20,997 nt of DNA from positions 1 to 20,997 of the forward strand of contig JBBISH010000111.1 in NCBI GenBank assembly GCA_037441385.1, read 5' to 3'. A model generated the notes under the pieces. It was given only the letters and a program-made list of their open reading frames with translations, searched no databases and was not told the DNA's origin. The position numbers and the translations under genes were made by a program. Positions 17,035 through 20,997 of the stretch are shown in pieces. This DNA comes from Myxococcales bacterium. GTDB taxonomy: Bacteria > Myxococcota_A > UBA9042. The stretch's first letter is position 1. The number at the start of each line of letters is the position of its first letter.

Positions 17035-17113
17035 CTAGGGGACGGCGCCTGCCTTACCGGATGGCCACTGGTGCCGTAAGTGCAGTGGAAACCTGTGCGA
17101 TCCTTGGCACTTG

Positions 17114-17297
17114 GCCCTCACCCCGCCGCCTTCGGCGTCTGCCCCGCTCTCCCGGCGCCGCTGGCGCCACTCGCTCGCTTCGCTCACCGCGGGGACCCCT
17201 CCTCTCCCAACGCTTTGGGCGAGGGGCAATGCAATTTCCCTTTATCCCTCGCCCACTTCAGTGGGAGAGGGGTCGGCAGCAGGCCGGGGGTGAGGGC
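17114..17297. repeat. REP-like palindromic cluster (CCCTCACCCC / CCCTCTCCC...GGGAGAGGG type)
   Basis: Perfect 11-bp outer inverted repeat GCCCTCACCCC / GGGGTGAGGGC enclosing the hairpins CCTCTCCCAA-CGCT-TTGGGCGAGG and CCCTCGCCCACT-TC-AGTGGGAGAGGG. Confidence 0.78.
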
Positions 17298-17760
17298 TTT
17301 CGGCGCTGCGTCAGAGTAGGCAAGCGGTAAGGCAGGGGACGGCGGGCCTTCCCAGCGCAGCCGACATCTTCCGCGCTGGCCGAACCGGCGGACGGAGGCG
17401 CACGCCAACCGTCGCGGCATCGGTGCCCCGCCGCCCTTTGTCGTGGTCTTGCCGCGGGAGGCAACGCGAGGTTCGGCCGACGAACGAGAACAGCACGTGT
17501 ATCATGCGGTTCCTCTCGCCTTTGCCGGGCTGAAGGTGGCACGCCGATTCGGGGGGACGCGCGGCGACGGCAACTTGCGATCCTCGCATTCGGTCTGTTT
17601 GTGTCCCGAGACGGCGAGATGGAGTTGTGGCCAGGAGAATATTCCGTATAAGGGAAATAGATTGTCGTTCACGCGACATGAACCAAACGGTGCCCTGGTG
17701 CACCCAAATCTCGTGCAGCCGAACAGGCTCCCCCCTTAGCAGCGGCCGCACGGAGTTGCC

Positions 17761-19368
17761 ATGCGCATAGGTACCAAAATGGCTCTGCTTGGGGGCGCGG
17801 CCACGCTGCTGGCGGGCGGTGCGGGCGTGTTGGCCGTGTGGTTGGCAAGCTTGGTGGTCGAGCGCCAAGTCGTCGAGAAGTTCGAAGCTGTGTCGACCTA
17901 CACCATGGACAAGGTTCATCGGCTGTTTGCCCGCCGGTCCGACGACATGGCGGCGCTGGCGGCCGACCCGGCCCTGGAAGCTACGCCGCTCCCACTCGAC
18001 GCGGTGGCGGCCAAGCTGGGCGATTACCTGCGTCGCTACCCGAACTACGCCCCCTACACGTCGCTGTCGTTGTTTGACCTGCAGCGGCGGCGCCTTGCGG
18101 ACACAACCGGGCGCGGTATTGGCGAAACCCACACGCTCTCCGAGTACTGGCCCGAAGTGATGGCAGGCCACGATCGCGTATTGCAGGTGTCGACGTCCGA
18201 ATCGCTTGGTCAGCCGGTGTTCCATGTGGCGCAAGTCGTGCGGGATCCACAACGCCGGGCTGCGGGGGTGCTGGTGGCCCGCATCGCCGTCGCAAGCCTG
18301 CGCGACGTGATTGGGCGGCCCCTGCGGCTGTTTGCCGTCGATGGCCCATTCGAGGTCGATCTGCTTGACCGCACGGGGCTGGTGCTCTACGCGAACCACG
18401 ACCAAGAGCGCACGTTGCGGCAGCGCCACCCGTTGCACACAACCATCGCCAACCTGGTCGCGAGCGGTCCGCGCACGGGCGCGCTGGTCGTGCCGCAAGC
18501 GGCGGCCGAGGGCGACCGCCTGGTCATCTACGCCCGCGAACCCAGCGAAGGCACTGAACCGAGTGGGGATTGGACTCTCGTCATCAGCATACCTGAAGCG
18601 GTGGCCCTGGCTGATATCAACGCGCTTCGTCGGCAGTTGCTCGCCCTGGTGGCCGCCGTTGGGCTGTTGGCCATCGCCCTGGCCTGGCTGCTGGCGCGCA
18701 ATCTCCTGCGGCCGATCGATGCGCTGGGTGCGGCGACCGCGGCCGTAGCTGCCGGCGACTTGAGCGTGCAAGTTGCCGTCAACGGCAAAGGCGATTTCGC
18801 CCTGTTGGCGCAGCGTTTCAACGCCATGGTCGCCGATCTGCGCGAGTTGCACGGCGGACTGGAGCGCGCCGCCACCACGGATCGCCTGACTGGGTTGTTG
18901 AATCGCCACGGGTTCGACGACATGTTGACCCGCGAGCTAGACCGCGCCAAGCGCTACGGATCGCAGCTGTCGCTCATCTTCATCGATATCGACCACTTCA
19001 AGTCCATCAACGACCGCTTCGGCCACGCGGCGGGCGACCAAGTCCTAGCCGAAGTTGCCCGACTTCTGCAAGGCAGCGTACGCAGCACCGACGGTCTGGG
19101 GCGCTGGGGCGGCGAAGAATTCGTGATCTTGACACCAGAGACCAGCTTGCGCGACGCCGCGGCGTTGGCCGAGCGTATCTGCCAAACCTGCAGATCGGCG
19201 GACTTTGCCAACGTGGGCCGGACCACCCTGAGCGCCGGCGTGGTGTCGCTCGCGCCGGGCGAGGCTGGCGACGCGCTCCTGCGCCGAGCCGATGCCGCCG
19301 TCTATGCCGCCAAAGCCAACGGGCGCGACCGGGTGGAGATCGACGCCGAGCCGGGTTGCCGCAGCTGA
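17761..19368 (+). CDS. Membrane-bound diguanylate cyclase (TM, periplasmic Cache-like sensor, TM, HAMP, GGDEF)
   Basis: Two TM helices, HAMP (RPIDAL...GDL...DFALLAQRFNAM), TDRLTGLLNR, DIDHFKSINDRFGHAAGD, intact GGEEF with RSTD I-site; GGAG RBS. Confidence 0.95.
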   Translation: MRIGTKMALLGGAATLLAGGAGVLAVWLASLVVERQVVEKFEAVSTYTMDKVHRLFARRSDDMAALAADPALEATPLPLDAVAAKLGDYLRRYPNYAPYTSLSLFDLQRRRLADTTGRGIGETHTLSEYWPEVMAGHDRVLQVSTSESLGQPVFHVAQVVRDPQRRAAGVLVARIAVASLRDVIGRPLRLFAVDGPFEVDLLDRTGLVLYANHDQERTLRQRHPLHTTIANLVASGPRTGALVVPQAAAEGDRLVIYAREPSEGTEPSGDWTLVISIPEAVALADINALRRQLLALVAAVGLLAIALAWLLARNLLRPIDALGAATAAVAAGDLSVQVAVNGKGDFALLAQRFNAMVADLRELHGGLERAATTDRLTGLLNRHGFDDMLTRELDRAKRYGSQLSLIFIDIDHFKSINDRFGHAAGDQVLAEVARLLQGSVRSTDGLGRWGGEEFVILTPETSLRDAAALAERICQTCRSADFANVGRTTLSAGVVSLAPGEAGDALLRRADAAVYAAKANGRDRVEIDAEPGCRS

Positions 19369-19470
19369 CACGAAGCCCACCTATTCGAGCCTGTGCGGTT
19401 TTGCGGGTCTGTCTGTAACCAGCGAGACGCAAGTGGGGATCCGCTCAGAAAATGCCCCCAGACCAAGGTA
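19369..19470 (-). repeat. 132-bp element, copy F (decayed, internally deleted, inverted relative to copy E)
   Basis: CACGAAGCCCACCT-ATTCGAGCCTGTGCGG...TCTGTAACCAGCGAGA...GTGGGGATCC aligns to copy A (TACGAACCCCGTCTGATTCACGCCTGTACGG...TCTGCAACCGGCGAGA...GCGGGGACCC). It ends in GGTA next to copy E. Confidence 0.72.
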
Positions 19471-19473
19471 CTA

Positions 19474-19605
19474 TACCAGTTCCGTCCGAATCGGCTCGAA
19501 AACACGGGCAATTTTTCGGGCCCGAACCGGGGTCCCCGCCTGATTCTCGCCAGTTGCAGAACGGGTCAGAAAAGCCGTACAGGCGCGAATCAGGTGGGGT
19601 GCGTA
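19474..19605 (+). repeat. 132-bp element, copy E (full length)
   Basis: Gap-free alignment to copies A and D; flanks are CTA and TTA. Confidence 0.93.
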
Positions 19606-19689
19606 TTACTCGGGCGCTTGCCAGCCGCGCCGCCCGTGTGTAGGTTGTCGATGCGATCTGGGTTCGCGCAACAGGTCTTGGGGGGCGCG

Positions 19690-20997
19690 ATGAAAGTCCG
19701 AGGCTGGGCCCGCCTGAGGCTCGTGGTGGTCGAATTGTCGTTGCTGCTGGGCGCGTGCGCCGGGTTGCCGGACGGCGGCGGTCAAGGCGACGGCGCGGGC
19801 TCCACCGTTGCCGATGGCGCCGGGCTGAACGACGCCAGCACTAGTCAGGCCGATTCTGGCTTCGAAATCGGTTCGCTGGGCGATACCGGCGGACCCGGCG
19901 ACGTCCCTGGCGAAACGACCACCAACAAGCCGCCGGTGGTGGTTTTTTTGGCCCCGGACGCGTCGACCGTGGTGGCCCTTGGCAAGCCTTTGCACATCGC
20001 GGTCCAGGTGGCTGATGCCGAAAGTGCTGCGGGGGGCCTCCAACTGGTCGTGGCCAGCTCGGCGATGCCTCAGCCCATCAAGGCGGTGTCGGCTAAAAGT
20101 GCTGAGTTAATTGCCTTTGACGTGGCCAACCTGCCCGCCGGCCCCCAGATTCTGAGCGCAACCGTCACCGATGCGGGCGGTCTGGCTACAACGGCCCAGC
20201 GCAGCGTAGTGGTGGACCCCGGTCCCGGAGCGCCCAAAGTCGCCATCGTTCCGGCGCAACCGACCACGGTCGATGCGCTGCACGCGGTGGTGCTGCCCCT
20301 GCAACCAACGCCCGAGACGCCGATCACCTTGTCGTATGCCTGGACGCGCAACGGACAAGTCATGAGTTTTTCCGGCGACACCGTTCCAAGCGGCAAGGCC
20401 AAGAAGGGCGAGACCTGGAAGGTCGAGGTGGCGGCGAGCGATGGAATTGCCGTCGGACCGGCGGGATCGGCGCAAGTCGCAATCGTCAATGCGGCGCCGA
20501 GTGCGCCGGCCGTCGGCCTTGCGCCGCAGGCGGTGGACCTCATGTCCGTGGTGACGTGCACCATCGCGGTTGCCGCTAGCGACCCAGATGGCGAGCCGCT
20601 CTCCTACACTTTTGCCTGGTGGCTCGACAACGTCGAGGTGGCTGGAGCGACCAACGCGGCCGTTGCCATCCAAGAGTTGACGCACGTGGACGGCAGCCCG
20701 GCCCATGCCGGCTCGCTCGTGGCCTGCCGCGCGGTGGCCAGCGACGGCAGCGCCACCGGACCGGCCGGCTGGTCCACGGCGGTCGCGGTGGCCGGTTTCG
20801 ACGTCTGCGGCAGTCCGGCAAACCCTTGTGCACCAGACGCGATCTGCGTGGGCAGCGACACCTTGGCCGTGACGTGCACCTGCAAACCCGGCTACAGCGG
20901 CGACGGCAAGACTTGCCAGGACTTCGACGAATGCGCCCTTGGCACTGCGGGCTGCGACTTGGCCGCGACCTGCACCAACACCGCTGGCAGCTTCGCC
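19690..20997 (+). CDS. Lipoprotein with Ig-like domains and EGF / calcium-binding EGF repeats, 3'-truncated (absent from the ORF track)
   Basis: Translated by hand: MKVRGWARLRLVVVELSLLLGA-C lipobox, Gly/Asp linker, NKPPVV.. and SDPDGEPLSYTFAW Ig-like modules, then CTCKPGYSGDGKTCQDFDECALGTAGCDLAATCTNTAGSF. No stop codon before the window end. Confidence 0.9.
   Translation, partial: MKVRGWARLRLVVVELSLLLGACAGLPDGGGQGDGAGSTVADGAGLNDASTSQADSGFEIGSLGDTGGPGDVPGETTTNKPPVVVFLAPDASTVVALGKPLHIAVQVADAESAAGGLQLVVASSAMPQPIKAVSAKSAELIAFDVANLPAGPQILSATVTDAGGLATTAQRSVVVDPGPGAPKVAIVPAQPTTVDALHAVVLPLQPTPETPITLSYAWTRNGQVMSFSGDTVPSGKAKKGETWKVEVAASDGIAVGPAGSAQVAIVNAAPSAPAVGLAPQAVDLMSVVTCTIAVAASDPDGEPLSYTFAWWLDNVEVAGATNAAVAIQELTHVDGSPAHAGSLVACRAVASDGSATGPAGWSTAVAVAGFDVCGSPANPCAPDAICVGSDTLAVTCTCKPGYSGDGKTCQDFDECALGTAGCDLAATCTNTAGSFA

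Noticed and set aside
17537..17551. TGGCACGCCGATTCG as a sigma54 promoter for the GGDEF gene
   Set aside because: Perfect -24 box, but the -12 position reads TTCG rather than TTGC; not supportable without data.
17311..18909. 532-aa minus-strand ORF
   Set aside because: Antisense shadow of the GGDEF gene.
7156..19605. The 132-bp repeats as a CRISPR array or integron attC cassette array
   Set aside because: Too long, dispersed and mixed in orientation; no regular spacers, no cas or integrase gene, and no RYYYAAC/GTTRRRY ends.

Overview
GC-rich bacterial DNA. The Cys-rich surface proteins, calcium-binding EGF lipoprotein, sigma54 activator and C-terminal 'GxxxxGxF' motif suggest Myxococcota/deltaproteobacterial origin (inference). 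Gene order: a 5'-truncated giant Cys-repeat plus 21-blade beta-propeller protein; a sensor-less sigma54 enhancer-binding protein divergent from a sigma54 promoter and a 78-aa membrane protein; GNAT acetyltransferase; M20 metallohydrolase; DUF1697-like protein; CBS-pair protein; DUF4287/SRPBCC-like protein; two probable envelope proteins; a second Cys-repeat/propeller ORF that looks headless; a lipoprotein; a sensor-HAMP-GGDEF diguanylate cyclase; and a 3'-truncated Ig/EGF lipoprotein that the ORF track missed. The most striking non-genic signal is a dispersed 132-bp element present 6 times (4 full-length, 1 half, 1 decayed). Its intact ends are flanked by stop-codon triplets or their reverse complements, and it overlaps the real start and stop codons of neighbouring genes. 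A separate 199-bp CTAG-flanked MITE and a REP-like palindrome cluster sit in one intergenic region. No rRNA, tRNA, CRISPR array or transposase was seen. All family assignments come from motif recognition by eye, not database searches.
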